DNA of 64,000 bases from Nemertoderma westbladi (Eukaryota > Animalia > Xenacoelomorpha), in NCBI GenBank assembly GCA_032718475.1, contig JAUCBJ010001408.1:1-64000 (forward strand), in the 5' to 3' direction. Below are positions 12,719-26,659 of the stretch, in pieces. Both the position numbers and the translations under genes were made by a program. The notes below the pieces were generated by a model. The model did no database searches and was not told the origin of the DNA. It saw only the letters and a program-made list of their open reading frames with translations. The first letter of the stretch is position 1. Every line of letters starts with the position of its first letter.

Positions 12719-15700
12719 CCATGGCCTACTACACACAGGCCATGACAAGGACTTTGCTGTGAAATTAGCGTAGGCTGACTGATGAATTATCAAATATTAT
12801 ATTTTCCATGAATGCAGGGTCCATATTTAAAAGAAGATGACTAGATTTTCGTAAAGAATTTAATTGAAACAGTATTTAATAAAAAATAAATTAATTATCG
12901 CTCGAGTTCCTGCAGCTTTTATTCGTGGCAGGAATGTTTGAACGCTAATAAGTCGGTCAATCAAGGATGAAATGGAACCCAACTTGGTACACTTGTAGTC
13001 TTAAAAAAATTTAGAAATTCTACACACAGACAGACTTCTACAGTTCCCCGGTCTGCCGCTAGGGGGCGAATTAACAGAAACGTAAAAATAGCTGTAATTA
13101 TATAACCAACAATCAGATTCATCTGAAATTTAGTAGTAGTTACCTAAGAGCATTGCTTAATTAGAAATTCTACAGAGACTTTTACAGTTCCTGTCTGCCG
13201 CTAGTGGGGAATTGTTAGAGCTCCAGTTCAACGTGCTTAGCACGGTTTAATCGGGTAGAAATTCTACAGAGACTTTTACAGTTCCTGTCTGCCGCTAGTG
13301 GGGAATTGTTAGAGCTCCAGTTCAACGTGCTTAGCACGGTATCTTTATCTGGTGTGTTTTTATTATTTTACCAATTACTTAATATGTTTGATAGAATTGA
13401 ACAACACCGTCCAACACAACCAACTCTCTATCCGCCTCGAGCATCGAGAATACGAGAAACTCGATCGAAATACCTGCTTATCCCAGTAGTATCCGTCCGT
13501 AGTCAGTAGTCACCGGACCGCTGCGGTTTACTCCCGTAGAACAGTAGAATTCCCGCAGCTTCCGACCCAATTTGACAACGAATTCGCTTCACACTTTCGC
13601 GTCACAGAGAACGTAATCCAGTGCGATAACGTCTGCCCAACGTTCAACCCTTTCCCCCAGGCGATCCCAGGATCCGGGCCGCCGCTAAACCCAGATCGCA
13701 ATCCTCGTCGATTCGTCCAGTCGTCGCCGTAAGTCAGTAAGTGGGACTCTTCCCACCGCACTCCAAGGTGGGTGACCGGAGTGAGGCATGATAAACTTGG
13801 CAGTGGCCCGCATTACAATCTGACCGACCGCCGTATTCCCAGTGTCTGAGTGTAGTAAATACCCAAATAGAATCGTACTGACAAACAAGCAATTCCATAG
13901 TATTCCCCCGTTAATCACCTCTTGAAGCAACTCGGCTGCTCGGGTCCAGATACATCAGACTGTCGGGAGCGTTTCAGACAGTAATGGAGCGGCATTTGCG
14001 AATATTTCCAATGGTTTTATAATAAATAAGGGGATTCAACAGTTCAATCAGTCAATGCTAAAACAAATGGATTATTCCTAACCCCACCCCAATACAGCAA
14101 TATACCTAACAGTATATAGCTTAGGTATCACAGTGTGACTAGCTTTAAATATTAGAGTATGAAAATTATTATAGGACCCTCATGGAAACGAGGTATATAC
14201 CTCATGAGGCTATCCTTACACCAGAACCTTTTATTTAAGTAAATAAACATTTTATAAGTTGACTATCTACATAAATCAGTATTGGTGCTCCTAAATATCT
14301 AGTGTTATTACTTGTACTGTAGGCCTAATATCGTAACGTAATCTTTATAAATGTATTATTGTGAATTTTAAAAGGTTTAATTATGTGTAAAAAACAATCA
14401 ATCAATCAAACAATAATCAGCACAGTCAGCCTACGCATGGGTGGTACCTACGGTGCGCACTACAACGGCAGTACAGCAATACGGTGTACCGTGCCAATGA
14501 CTGAATGATTAGCGGTAACTACTGAACTATCTAAACTATTATATTATTATTACCGGTACTAGGCTAATTAGGCCTAAACTATAATCACCGTAAGGGTTTC
14601 CGGGGCCATGTTTAGATTACATGATATGGCATGTCTGCAGTGTATGGTACCGGCTGACCTGTATTGACTGATTGCAGAATTCTCGATTCAGGAATTGAGT
14701 ACAGCCTGACAGTACCGGTACAAATGGTACATGCAGATTGGCAGACAGGCCCTATGTTTTGCAAAATTTGTCAGAAAACCAGCTGATTTATCCTACAGTA
14801 ATAATAATTTAACGCATATTAATTTTGGATAAATAAATTTATTATAACTACAATAACAGTTACAACATTTCCTGCTTGCTGATCAGTAATTTCTCAGATA
14901 ACAAAACAACTGCAGAATAATGCAATTTTACCTCAAAGACGCATTCAAGCAAGTATCAAGTAAATGTGTAAAATAATCAGCCTCGAGATAGCCTTTACAA
15001 TTCATGTTCACGGGCTCAGGATGGTCTGCATCATATAAATGAACGCACATGATAGAGTCAAGATCCAACTTGTAGGATGACGGACTGACGACCTGCTAGG
15101 CCTACCTCGCTAGCACCCATCCGGTACATTGCAAAAATGAATAATTGAATCATTTTGTGTTTATGATTATAAGCAATATGTGAACTGAAAAAAGCTAATC
15201 TAAGATTTACTGCTGGTTCTTACCAATGTAAGTCAAGAACCAATCACAGTAGATCCACTCCGCTCTCCTGCTGGGTGGAGAGGGCCCTTTCCGTGCAAGA
15301 AAACCGGCGCGGTAGCTACCAAGATAAAGCGCCGTCCCAGATTGTGAGAACCCTATACCCATGACCTAGGCACATTGTAGTACATCTCAGCAACTGCCCA
15401 GACGATTTTCTTGAAATTTGCACACGACCTGCGCCGCGGTTCCATATAACCCTGTACCAAATTTCAAATAAATTTATAAATTAGGGGCCGAGTGAGAATG
15501 TTTTAAAGTTATTAAAAATTAATAAAAACTATTAGAAATAAATCTTGCCGATATCTGATTGGGAAGAGCACCGAGGCAGTTCGCTGGTAGAATTAATTCA
15601 GAGTTGGCTTGGCAACCACAGTAGGTAGGTAGAGCTGCTAGTATGCAGTTATCTCAGTAGTAATATGGCCGCCATCCAATGTGTACTATTTATAGACAAT

Positions 15701-16774
15701 TTGATTTAATGATAACCTCAGTGTCTGACTACTGGGGTTGTTTAATGACAGATGTTATACTATAGCCAGTCTGCCCAGCAATACACATATCCATTATATG
15801 AACAATGTTTACAGTTAATCTATTGAATGGGGCTAATCAATAGTGGGTAAATGATGCGAATTATAATTGTAGTGGCAAAGCAGTATATATGCACACTTTA
15901 GTCCAAAATCAGTCGATCTCAGGAACTGCAGATACGATTTTTTTTAAATTTGCACACAATATGAAGGGGGGTACCAGAAATACGTGTACCAAATTTCAAG
16001 TAAATTGATCAATTTACTAATATATTTATAATTAAAAAGGTAATAAATTTCGCTCTTTAAGAAAACTATAGGTCCTATGGGAAAGTGATGAAATTCAAAG
16101 TTGTAGATAATCATCCGCGTAGCCCATCGGTGGAATAAAATTTTCACTTTATTTATAACTAATATACTTATAATTAGAAAGGTTATAAATTTCACTATTT
16201 AAGTAAATAATCCGAAATGTTTATTTCTGAAATGTTTAATTGGACAATGCGAATTCGAATCTACCAATTATTTTTTGGAACGATTAGAAGACCACCGGGA
16301 CTACATGTTTAGATTATGATTTCTTTGTTCCAGAACGTTGTTACAGGGTGGGTGGGCAATTTGGTGCAAGTAAATATTTACAGTTTATTTATTTAGCTCA
16401 AAATGCTTAGAATTCTCAAGTTGTTTACATTGATATCACAATTTTGAAAGAAATATTCATCAAGAAGGTCAAAACTGAAGCCATTCTCGGACGTCCGCTC
16501 TTGGTCCTATTTATTGAGATTACTACTTAACCAACCCAGCCTGCTGCAGGCCACCTATGATTGGTCTGCAAGTAGCTAGCTACCTGGCTAACCGATGTAT
16601 CATTCGCTCAGATTGATGCTCTTTAGCTGAAGATATTAACTTCGATTATGGCTTCCGACATTTATGGCTACCGACACACATGTCACACACACACACACAG
16701 ACTTTTGAAAAGCGGCCATAGTATAATTATATCAGTTCGCTGATGGCTCGCCATTCGTGTCTCGCCCCACAAAA

Positions 16775-17357
16775 ATGTTATAAACCTCTCCTTCCATGCA
16801 ACCAATGATTGAGAAAGAAGAATTACTCTTGAGCAGTTCGCAACAGACAACCCAAACCCACCCCAATCAACACTCCAGCCTGCTTGCTCCTTATCTGTGC
16901 CCAGCCAGCTAGCTGCGAGTTCAATAATTACCTTAACGTTGCTATGATACAGAAAACAATCCTTCCCTATTCAATAACAATAGGCCAATTCGATCGTGCT
17001 TGGCGAATATGACATATTTATACACTATTTGATGTTTAATCAATAAATAATCATACATATTTATATTAAACACTCGAATAAAATAAAAACTTTGTGAGAA
17101 TGGGACACGGCGAATCTACCCATGTTAATTTTATACCAGGTGGGATAAATGTTAGCCCTCTAAATCATTAATTACCGATAGAAGAACCGAAATAATTCGA
17201 TAAATTTCGCCCAAAAATCACCCTCTAGCGGCAACGGGCGAACTTCAGACGGCTTTGAGTATTACGTTGCAACGAGTTAGGGCGAGACCTTTCTAACGAG
17301 CTATAGTAAGCGAGATTTCATCGAGATGGGTTCGATTGTATAGCCGATGACAAACAC

Positions 17358-17401
<44 letters not shown>

Positions 17402-17422
17402 TAGAGATTTATATATATAGAT
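16775..17422 (-). mobile_element. Non-autonomous Helitron-like repeat
   Basis: Minus strand begins TCTATATATATAAA followed by (CTGT)n, a common Helitron 5' end; homologous to 57490-57935 and 59710-60330. Confidence 0.65.
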
Positions 17423-19026
17423 ATCTAATTATATACCGGTACACAAAGTGTTGAACAGCATCAAACTACTCCTAATACTTACTCTGTAATGGAATTGCTG
17501 CCCAGTTGCTCTGTTCATCCGTGGGGGACAACGGCGCCGATTTATCTACTATTTTAGCTTTAAACTTTGAGGTAAAAAACAGTTTGTAATTAATTAATTC
17601 GTTAGCCGTCATATCGTTTTATATAAATTTAAGAATGTTTACTTTACCTTAATTTGATGATCAGAAAAAATGGATGGCGCCTGATATCGACGGTTTTACA
17701 TCAGTGATGCGAATACGTAAGACTACGACATTATATAGTGTTTTCGGGATTTCAGGGATCGGGACCGGGATTATCGGTCTCGGGATATCGTTTTTCGGTA
17801 TCGGGATTGCAATTTTAGATTAAATTCCCTAAAAGTTATTCGTATATCTGGTGGTTTTGGGTAACATTCACTTTATTTTACACTTCTGAAATATTAGTAA
17901 GATAAAGTTTTGTTAAAATTAATTTGCATTTGATTACTGGAGATGGTTTACTGAAATATAATTTATATATAATCAGAACATTTCCGTTCTGCTGGAACTA
18001 TTTATTACACATTTATGGGAAGGGATCTAGGGGTCTTAACCTCGAATTATAAGTTTATTTTACCAAAAATAACTTATCTTTTATTGGCGCAATTGTAGGA
18101 CTAATCCCATCACATGCGTACTTTTTAACCAGTAAGGATTGGATATATATGAGATATTAATTTCAAAAAAAATTTGAAATGATCTGAAAACCCGGGACCT
18201 CGAGGTGGAAGCCGAGACAACAACTATTCGAGGTTAAGGCCCCTAGATCCTTTCCTATAATAAATGTATAATAACAAACACCTCGAAAAACACAGCTGGC
18301 CAACAAATTGTTACTTCTAGGAACTATTTATCAGATATTCAACAAATTTACTTTACTATACTTCGTGATCCCGTTCCAGAAAAGTCCGTGTCGCGACCGT
18401 GATTACATTTGTCGCCGGGATCCCGGTTTTTCGGGATTTGGATCCGGTTTAAACACTATTATATAATCTATAGAGCTATATGTCTATCGGTACCGGTACC
18501 GAGTGGTAGTTGCTTTGTATCTCCTCTCCTACAATATCTACTGATCTGTCTATAGAGTACTTTACTTATCTCCTGAAATATCTATACGTTTTTATGCTGA
18601 ATATATCTTAATCCGTTTATAACCAATTTGATAGGTACCGGTACTGTAATGTAAAAGGTTAATTTCGGAAAAATATTTCGGAAGGTACCGGTAGTTTATT
18701 AATCGTATTTTGGTGTGGAGAGGATTCAGTCGTGGTCTTTAGTCTCTTAGACTTTATATTATAAATTGAATATAATATCAACCTCAGTATTATAACTCTC
18801 AAGCTTTATCCAATTCGCTACTGTAAGGAATGAACAACGCCAAACTGTCAATGTTTGCACGGCCACGTCTGAGTCCGATTGGTCCACCTTCACCCGTCCA
18901 CTTCAGATCTTCAGTAGTTAACCAACTCGGTTAGGTCAGATCCAAACATTCAATGGAGACCACCGAATGGCGCGCTATTTGAATTACATTCAGTTTTAGA
19001 ATCTACACTCCGTGATATAAAATATA

Positions 19027-19285
19027 GTCCCACTTTGGTGTAGTGGTTGCATTGTATTCACTTCTCCTGATGGTCATGGGTTCGATCCCCGCTTGGGGGC
19101 CTGGGCATTTTCGTTTCGGCACGAATTCTTTAAAAGGACTAGCCACGGTTTAAATAATAGCTAAATTAATACTGTAGTTTCCTCTGGGGAGTAAAGTTCT
19201 GGGGGGTCCGAGCACTAATATATACTAATTCCTCATACTATGAGCGTAATAATCCCTGGCCTAAAGGCGGAATAAATCTTTTCTT
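19027..19285 (+). mobile_element. tRNA-derived SINE
   Basis: A box TGGTGTAGTGG and B box GGTTCGATCCC at tRNA spacing, no intact cloverleaf, body ending aataaatctttt. Confidence 0.65.
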
Positions 19286-19377
19286 TTTAATATAATTATT
19301 ATGTGTAGGGCTAAATTTAATATTAATATTAAATAACAAATATATTACCGGTAATATTAAACATATTTAATTCCTAG

Positions 19378-19536
19378 GTTTTTACGGGCGTTGCCAAGGG
19401 GAGCTGCACCGCTCCAACTCCCCGGGAGAAGTCAGATAAACAACCGAGTGACTACGAACGGGAGAGGATTGAACACGCTAAGAATATAATGGCCCCGTTC
19501 GTACTGCGGAGGTTAAAGAAGGACGTTATGAAACAG
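19378..19536 (+). CDS. SMARCAD1: SMARCAD1/Fun30-like SNF2 ATPase, internal exon
   Basis: ag|...|gt exon of 159 nt: ...YERERIEHAKNIMAPFVLRRLKKDVMKQ, spliced in frame to LPAK at 20638. Confidence 0.85.
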
Positions 19537-20637
19537 GTGGGTCCCTCACAGGTGGGTTACTCTTTGTGGCATTTTAGAGCACATAACATTCTTACTTTGT
19601 TTGCTTAACCAAACCATGGCTTACCAAATGTAGTGAAAGCTTAGAAATTTAAACTTTTAGTTATATTATGTTACGTGTGTTACAAACGAAAAGTAACATT
19701 TCATTCCCAAAGTTGGTCACAACTATATTATCCAGAATTACATTTTGGATGTTTTTCTTCACATTAGGCATTAATACTTATACAATGACAAGACCAATTT
19801 TAGTAAACATCAAATTCTTATCATTTTGAGCCAAATTCAAAATATGGGCAATTTTCATTGTGATAACTGCAATATTAGGGCAAACTTTTTTTTTTTTAAA
19901 GACAAATATTTTCAATATAACATGGAATGACCAAAAAACAATCACTGTTCTAGAAAATTTGATCTTCTATGTTTTATTATATAAAACATATATTTGTATA
20001 CAATATGAATAAACATAATTTAATTGGCAAATGAAGTAGTGGTCTTAAATGTAACACATGTAAAGTAACACACGTAACGAGAGTCACTCGCGTTTTTTGT
20101 CTACTACTTTAGTCAGAATTGGATTTATTACCTGCAACTATGTTATTTAGCATTTTAGATAAGTAATTATATCGGATAGTCACTGATCTGCATTACTAAT
20201 ACTCTTGATTTTCATGAAATTTAACTTACATTATTTGTCAAATTTTGGGTGCATTTCATGTGTAACACACGTAACACTTTCTTTAAATGCTTGCTGAGAA
20301 TCTAATATTTACTTTTGTTAAATAATATTTCACATACACAACATGGAATAACCAAACAATTATACAGAAACTATAAGTTATTATTTGTGAAGTGTTTTTT
20401 AATAAAATTTGCTTGATGAACTTCAAAAATCGTATCAGGATGAAACACACGTAACATGGAATGGAACTGGAGAGGATCTCTCGGGTTGCCTCCAGTAGTA
20501 GGAGCCTTCGTCGGGTTGCCTCGGATAGAGAGGAGCCTTTGGGTTACCTCCGGAACTGTGACAAACTATCACAATATTTTAGTCGAATAGAATATAATGT
20601 GTTCTTTTTTTTAGTTTTTTTTTTAAATTTATTTTAG

Positions 20638-21911
20638 TTGCCGGCGAAAGTGGAAACAGTCGAGTTTGTATCGATGACTGAGCGCCAACAGCTGCTCTAT
20701 TCCACAATGAAACGGAGTCTCGGTAAATCGATACGTAGTGAGGATGGCGGCGCCGGTACAACGTTCATAGCGGGAGCCTTGATGCAACTACGGAAGACGG
20801 CCAATCATCCGCTGCTGCATCGCACTCTCTACACCGATAAAAAGATCAGCTCTATCGCCAAGGTCATCATTAAAGAGGACGTTAAGGACCGAGTCCTGGA
20901 GCACTGGATCGAGGACTTATCCGTGATGTCCGACTTCGAGATCCACACTGTGTGCAGCAAATACAACTCGTTACGCCGCCAGCGGCTTAAAACCGAACAA
21001 ATTATCCAGTCGGGTAAGTTTTCCCATTTGGACGATAAACTCCCCGAGCTGCTGGCTGGCGGTCATCGCGTGTTGATATTCAGTCAGTTTGTCATCATCC
21101 TAGACATAGTTGAGCCGTACTTACAGCACCGCGGTTACCGGTACCTCAGACTGGATGCTCCACTCCGGTACTTGACAGACAGTCTATGATTGACGAATTT
21201 AATACAGATGATAAACTCTTTATATTCCTGATCTCGACGCGCGCTGGAGGTCTTGGTATCAACCTCACCGCCGCAGATACTGTAATCCTCCACGACTTAG
21301 ACTTCAACCCTTACAACGATAAACAGGCTGAGGACCGATGCCATCGAGTGGGTCAAAATAAGGAAGTCGAAGTCATTAAATTAGTTAGTAAAGGTACCAT
21401 AGAGGAAGGGATCAAATCGATAGCCGATGGTCAGCTGAAGTTGGAGCAGGATATGTGTCTGAGACGCGACGACACAGAGTTCGAGATGGATCTGGCCGGG
21501 TTGCTGAGGGAAGCCGTTGTCTGTAAAGAGGCGGGAGGAGTCGCCCCCAAGCGTGCGGGGTTGAGGGCAGCCAAAGTGGTTAATCTGGATGTGAGTAGGG
21601 TGAGAGGGATATATGAGGAGACGCAAGAGGTGGACAGTATAAATAGTAACGATTTAGAAAGCGGCAGGAGTAGTGAGATGGACGAGGGTAAGGGAGGGAA
21701 GGACAAGGCTTCAACAACTGGGGATAAGGACAATGTTTCATCAGCTGGAGAGAAGGACAAGGGTTCATCACCCGGAGAGAAGGACAAGGGTTCATCAGCT
21801 GGAGAGAAGGACAAGGGTTCATCAGCTGGAGAGAAGGACAAGGGTTCATCAGCTGGAGAGAAGGACAAGGGTTCATCAGCTGGAGATAAGGACAAGGGTT
21901 CATCAGCTTAA
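20638..21911 (+). pseudogene. SMARCAD1: SMARCAD1/Fun30-like terminal exon (HELICc) with a 1-nt frameshift at ~21157 and a repeat tail; pseudogene or sequence error
   Basis: LMQLRKTANHPLLHR, SDFEIH, SGKF, GHRVLIFSQF, LRLD[G][50 protein letters not shown]. Adding one G (gat g[g]c tcc) joins the two ORFs. Confidence 0.8.
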
Positions 21912-22953
21912 GAGAAGAACAAGGGTTCATCAGCTGGAGAGAAGGACACGAGTTCATTAGCTGGAGAGAAGGACAAGGGTTCATCACCCGGAGAGAAGGA
22001 CAAGGGTTCATCAGCTGGAGAGAAGGACAAGGGTTCATCAGCTGGAGAGAAGGACAATGGTTCATCAGCTGGAGAGAGGAACAAGGGTTCATCAGCTGGA
22101 GAGAGGAACAAGGGTTCATCAGCTGGAGAGAAGGACAAGGGTTCATCACCCGGAGAGAAGGACAAGGGTTCATCACCCGGAGAGAAGGACAAGGGTTCAT
22201 CAGCTGGAGAGAAGGACAAGGGTTCATCACCCGGAGAAAAGGACAAGGGTTCATCAGCTGGAGAGAAGGACAAGGGTTCATCACCCGGAGAAAAGGACAA
22301 GGGTTCATCAGCTGGAGAGAAGGACAAGGGTTCATTCATCAGCTGAAAATAATGACAAGGATTCATCAGCTGAAGAGAAGGACAAGGGTTCATCAGCTGA
22401 AGAGAAGGACAAGGGTCCATCAGTTGAAGAGAAGGACATGGGTTCATCAGCTGAAGAGAATGACAAGGGTTAATCAGCTGGAGAGAAGGACAAGGGTTCA
22501 TCAGCTGAAGAGAAGGACAAGGGTTCATCAGCTGAAAAGAATGACAAGGATTCATCAGCTGAAGAGAAGGACAAGGGTTCATCAGCTGAAGAGAAGGACA
22601 AGGGTCCATCAGTTGAAGAGAAGGACAGGGGTTCATCAGCTGGAGGGAAGGACAAGGGTTCATCACCTGGAGAGAGGGACAAATGTTCATCAGCTGGAGA
22701 AAGGGACAAGTGTTCATCAGCCGGAGAGAAGGACAAGGGTTTATCACCCGGAGAGAAGGACAAGGGTTCATCAGCTGAAGAGAAGGACAAGGGTTCATCA
22801 GCTGGAGAGAGGGACAGGGGTTCATCAGCTGGAGAGAAGGACAAGGGTTCATCAGCTGGAGAGAAGGACAGGGGTTCATCAGCTGGAGAGAAGGACAAGG
22901 ATTCATCAGCTGAAGAGAAGGACAAGGGTTCATGACCCGGAGAGAAGGACAAG
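21709..22953 (+). repeat. 27-bp minisatellite (~45 units, AGEKDKGSS), partly coding
   Basis: Unit gctggagagaaggacaagggttcatca. Confidence 0.95.
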
Positions 22954-23236
22954 ATATTCAGATCTTCAAACAAATTGAAATCAACAAGATGACAATTAAA
23001 AAAAAACGATACCTGCGATTCTTACTAAATTAAAACAAATTTCTTAGCAGTTATTTATTTATTTGGTAGGAATAATAATGTAGATGGGGGGGGGGGGGGT
23101 TGGTGAGCTGTTTTCTCACGCCATTGCAATAGTATACCAACATTAATGTTAATTATTTGTAGTTAACATTAACACCAGCCATTACCTGTCTGTATGGTAT
23201 TTATGTGAGTGAGTGAATGATAGCATTGCTAAACAC

Positions 23237-25079
23237 TAGGGATGCAACAGAGCTAAAATTTCATCCGGAGCCGGAGCCCGGAGGTTTATCCAGGTTACAA
23301 TATGAGGTCCGGCCGGAGTCGGAGCCGGAGTTTGGGGATTGATAATTCCAATTTAATTTTATAGTAGAAGCACACAGTTATGAGTTCTGAGACGGGGGGG
23401 GGGGGGGGGGGGTTGACGCAAATTCTTTCTCGGCGAATTAATAATTCGCCTCAATGTTAAATTATCAATTAAGGGAAATGAGCCGTTTACAGTGGCATGT
23501 TATTCTATAACCAAAACAATAAACTAAATTTAATAGAACAGTTTGATTACAGTTTTATTTTTTAGGAGTAATCAGCTGTTATTTGTGTCGATTTCCCGAA
23601 ATATTGTTATTGCATAAATAAATCGATGGTGTTTATCATAACGACTCAAATGTCATTTTTGTCAAAATAGAGTTTTGGTGTTTTTTGGCATATTTAGACT
23701 TCTACGAATCTTCTATTAAAGTATTAGAGCCTAGAGTTGTTGCGTGTGCTTGAGTTACAGCGCATTTCAGAAAATTGCATAACCACTCAAATGCCAATTT
23801 TACATTAAGTCAAGGGAAACGGCTTTTTTTTCATAACCACTTAAACCCATAGCCCATCATTACAGATAAGGAGATGGTGATTGAAACTCGTCCCTTACAG
23901 ACTCAATATACTATCAATGGGCGGGAAATTCGAATTGTAACTACTATAAGTACTTCTTTACATGACTGTTTTTTCAGATTTCAGATTAAATAAATATTTT
24001 ACATTTTTAATTGACATTTAATTGAATACCGGTAATTGTGTTTGTTCAAACAATGCACTGTATTGGTCATGAAGTCCAGGTTTTATGGAGCCGAAAGTGA
24101 TGGATAGGAGGAAAGATAGTTAGCAGTTCATGAAAAGACTGTCTCGGACAGATTTCACTGATTGTTTTGTTCGTATGCCTAACATATTAATAGATATGTC
24201 GTTATGAAAAATCACAATTAAGTGAAAAAATTTTGCATAACCACTCAAATCCTAAAAAAACATCGATAAATTGGTTAAATGTCACTAAAAATCCTAATTG
24301 TGGTGTTTTACCGCATGAAAGATTTATTATCTACCTTATGAAACGAAAAATTATCTCTTAGGTACCATAGGGGAATTAGAATGTAGAAAAATGCTCCCTG
24401 AAAATTAGGTTTTTGAGTGTTGAGTGGTTATGATAAAACACCATCGAAATATAACATACTAAAAATTATAAATGAAAACTACTGGATACTGTTATAAAAG
24501 CAAAGAGCAATTCTTGAATTATTTTATAAATAGTATGTTGTGAATAAAATAGTTGTAGAATTATAAGTATTTAAACCGATTATTTTACACAAATTCAACA
24601 AACTATCTATATAATTTTAATGTTGTTGTTCAAATATTTAAACAATTTCACAAGGGAGGTGGTGTCAGAAAACTTAAGAAAAACAAGCTGTACCTGCAAC
24701 CAATCAGTTTCAAACCACATTTGATTAAGTTAACTAACTATGATATTCGCATTATTCATAAATCAAAGAAACTTATTTATTACATGTGAAAAAAGTTATA
24801 CTTTTTACCATGTAATACGTGGAAATACTGGACATAACATATTAAAATGTATGGCGTAGGGACTTACTGAGAAATAATGTCGCACTGCGATGGAAAATAT
24901 GTCGCCCTGGCGATTTGGTAGTGCGAAATTAATTTCACACAAATAAATAAAAAACCTTAAATTATTTTATTCGAATTTCAACAACTGTTATGCTCCGGAT
25001 TATCCGAATTAATATGCCCGGAGCCGGAACCAGTATTAATGGGCCGGAGCTCCGGAGCCGGAGCTGTGTTGCATCCCTA
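23237..25079. mobile_element. hAT-like non-autonomous DNA transposon
   Basis: TIR tagggatgcaaca / tgttgcatcccta, subterminal ccggag repeats at both ends, degenerate 8-bp TSD ctaaacac/attaacac. Confidence 0.75.
23624..24446. mobile_element. Nested MITE with 4-bp TSD (AAAT)
   Basis: TIR cgatggtgtttatcataacgactcaa / ttgagtggttatgataaaacaccatcg; internal cataaccactcaa repeats. Confidence 0.7.
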
Positions 25080-26477
25080 ATTAACACAATACTATCCATA
25101 GACTACTATTTTATTGAACGTTAATATTCTATAATATTCTTTATTATTCTATAAAGTTATTCTACAGATACTAATTTCTGTGTTATTGTGTATATTGTTT
25201 AGGTATTTAGTATTTAGATTAAAATGCCCCATTATATTATGTAACATCAGCTGTTTTAAACGTGTTTGATAATTTATATATTTTATTCAATTATTACAAA
25301 TAAATGGTTAGATATTCCGGTAGTCTCTTTGGTTGTAGGAGGAATGTTACACCGACCAAACTTATTGCAGTACATATTCATTCGCTGGCTCTATTTTTAT
25401 ATATTCGTATGTTTGTTATGAAATAATTGTACGTATGTTAAAACAATGAAAAATACATTCAATATATACCATGTTTATTTTATTGATGTACTTTTTATCC
25501 TTAAGTGAATTAAGTTAATGTTAAAAATCGTAAACATGAAAAAAGATTAATGTAAAGTTTTGTGTTACAAACATTAACTGTCACTGTTAACTTTTAGTAA
25601 GTTCGATTTTTGCTCTCCTAACCCACTAAGTTAGATTAATGTTCTAACTGATATTGTTACACCAATTTGTGACAGAAACTCTTGTTTGTCACAAAATATT
25701 AAATGTTTTAAGTAATTAATTAATTTTGTCTCTAAGTTAAGGAAATTAATTTATATTCGCGAAAATATATTATGACAATAATATTTAATGATTCGTTTTA
25801 AACTAATGCTGAAATCTTTGTTGATACATTTACCTATGAATGTTATGACTTTTGGGTCGAGCCACTACATCTGTTAGCTTTGGCATACACCTTAGTATTG
25901 TCCGTCCTTCCATTTCTACTTCCGTTGTTTGAACGTTGTAACCTTGCGCTTCCAAGGTTAAGCTGTTCTCCATAGAAACCGATTTTATTTGTGGTTATAG
26001 CAATAATAAATAATAATTATTATTATTTTATTTAATTCAGCCAGGAAGGTAGTATTATCTAAAATGAAATAAAAGTGTAATTATAGGTAAGGAAAAATAA
26101 TTAATTAAAGTAAATTACACTTAGTATATCAGTAATACAGATTTTATTTAGAATAGATTTATTTGTAGTATATAGCGGTTTTTTGGATGCTGATCACGAT
26201 TATAGAACTCAAATATAATATTCGAGAAAATTTCTGGTCATTTTGAATGTGGCCCCTGGGGTACGAAATATAAAAGTAGAGCAAATATGATAATAAAAAG
26301 ATTTACTAATTTAACCTGATTTTATGTCCTTATTGGTTTTTCCGTGTAGTTGACAAAATTTGATATAATTCACGTATCGTAGGACGTAGAGTAATATTAA
26401 TTTCAATACGTGTCATTAAAATACGTGTCACTAAAATACGTGTCAATACGTGTCGCTATTGGGAAGCGTGTGCTTTA

Positions 26478-26509
<32 letters not shown>

Positions 26510-26659
26510 ACCACCCCCCGGGGGGGTGGGGGGGGGGGGAGGGGAGGGAGGGGCGTTAAATTAGCTCCAACGTCTCAAAACAAAAATTTATAATATGGTT
26601 GTTTACCCTATTTCCTATATCCTATTTTGTTATTAATAATGATTTTTAGCTGATACTTA

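Noticed and set aside
13308-14111. Solo LTR starting TGTTAG
   Set aside because: LTR-like composition, but no matching end with a TSD found.
19027-19100. Functional tRNA gene
   Set aside because: Only A/B boxes and partial stems; better explained as a SINE head.
21580-22978. Long alternative-frame ORFs (MNPCPSLQL..., RVHQLERRT...)
   Set aside because: Artefacts of a 27-bp repeat lacking stop codons.
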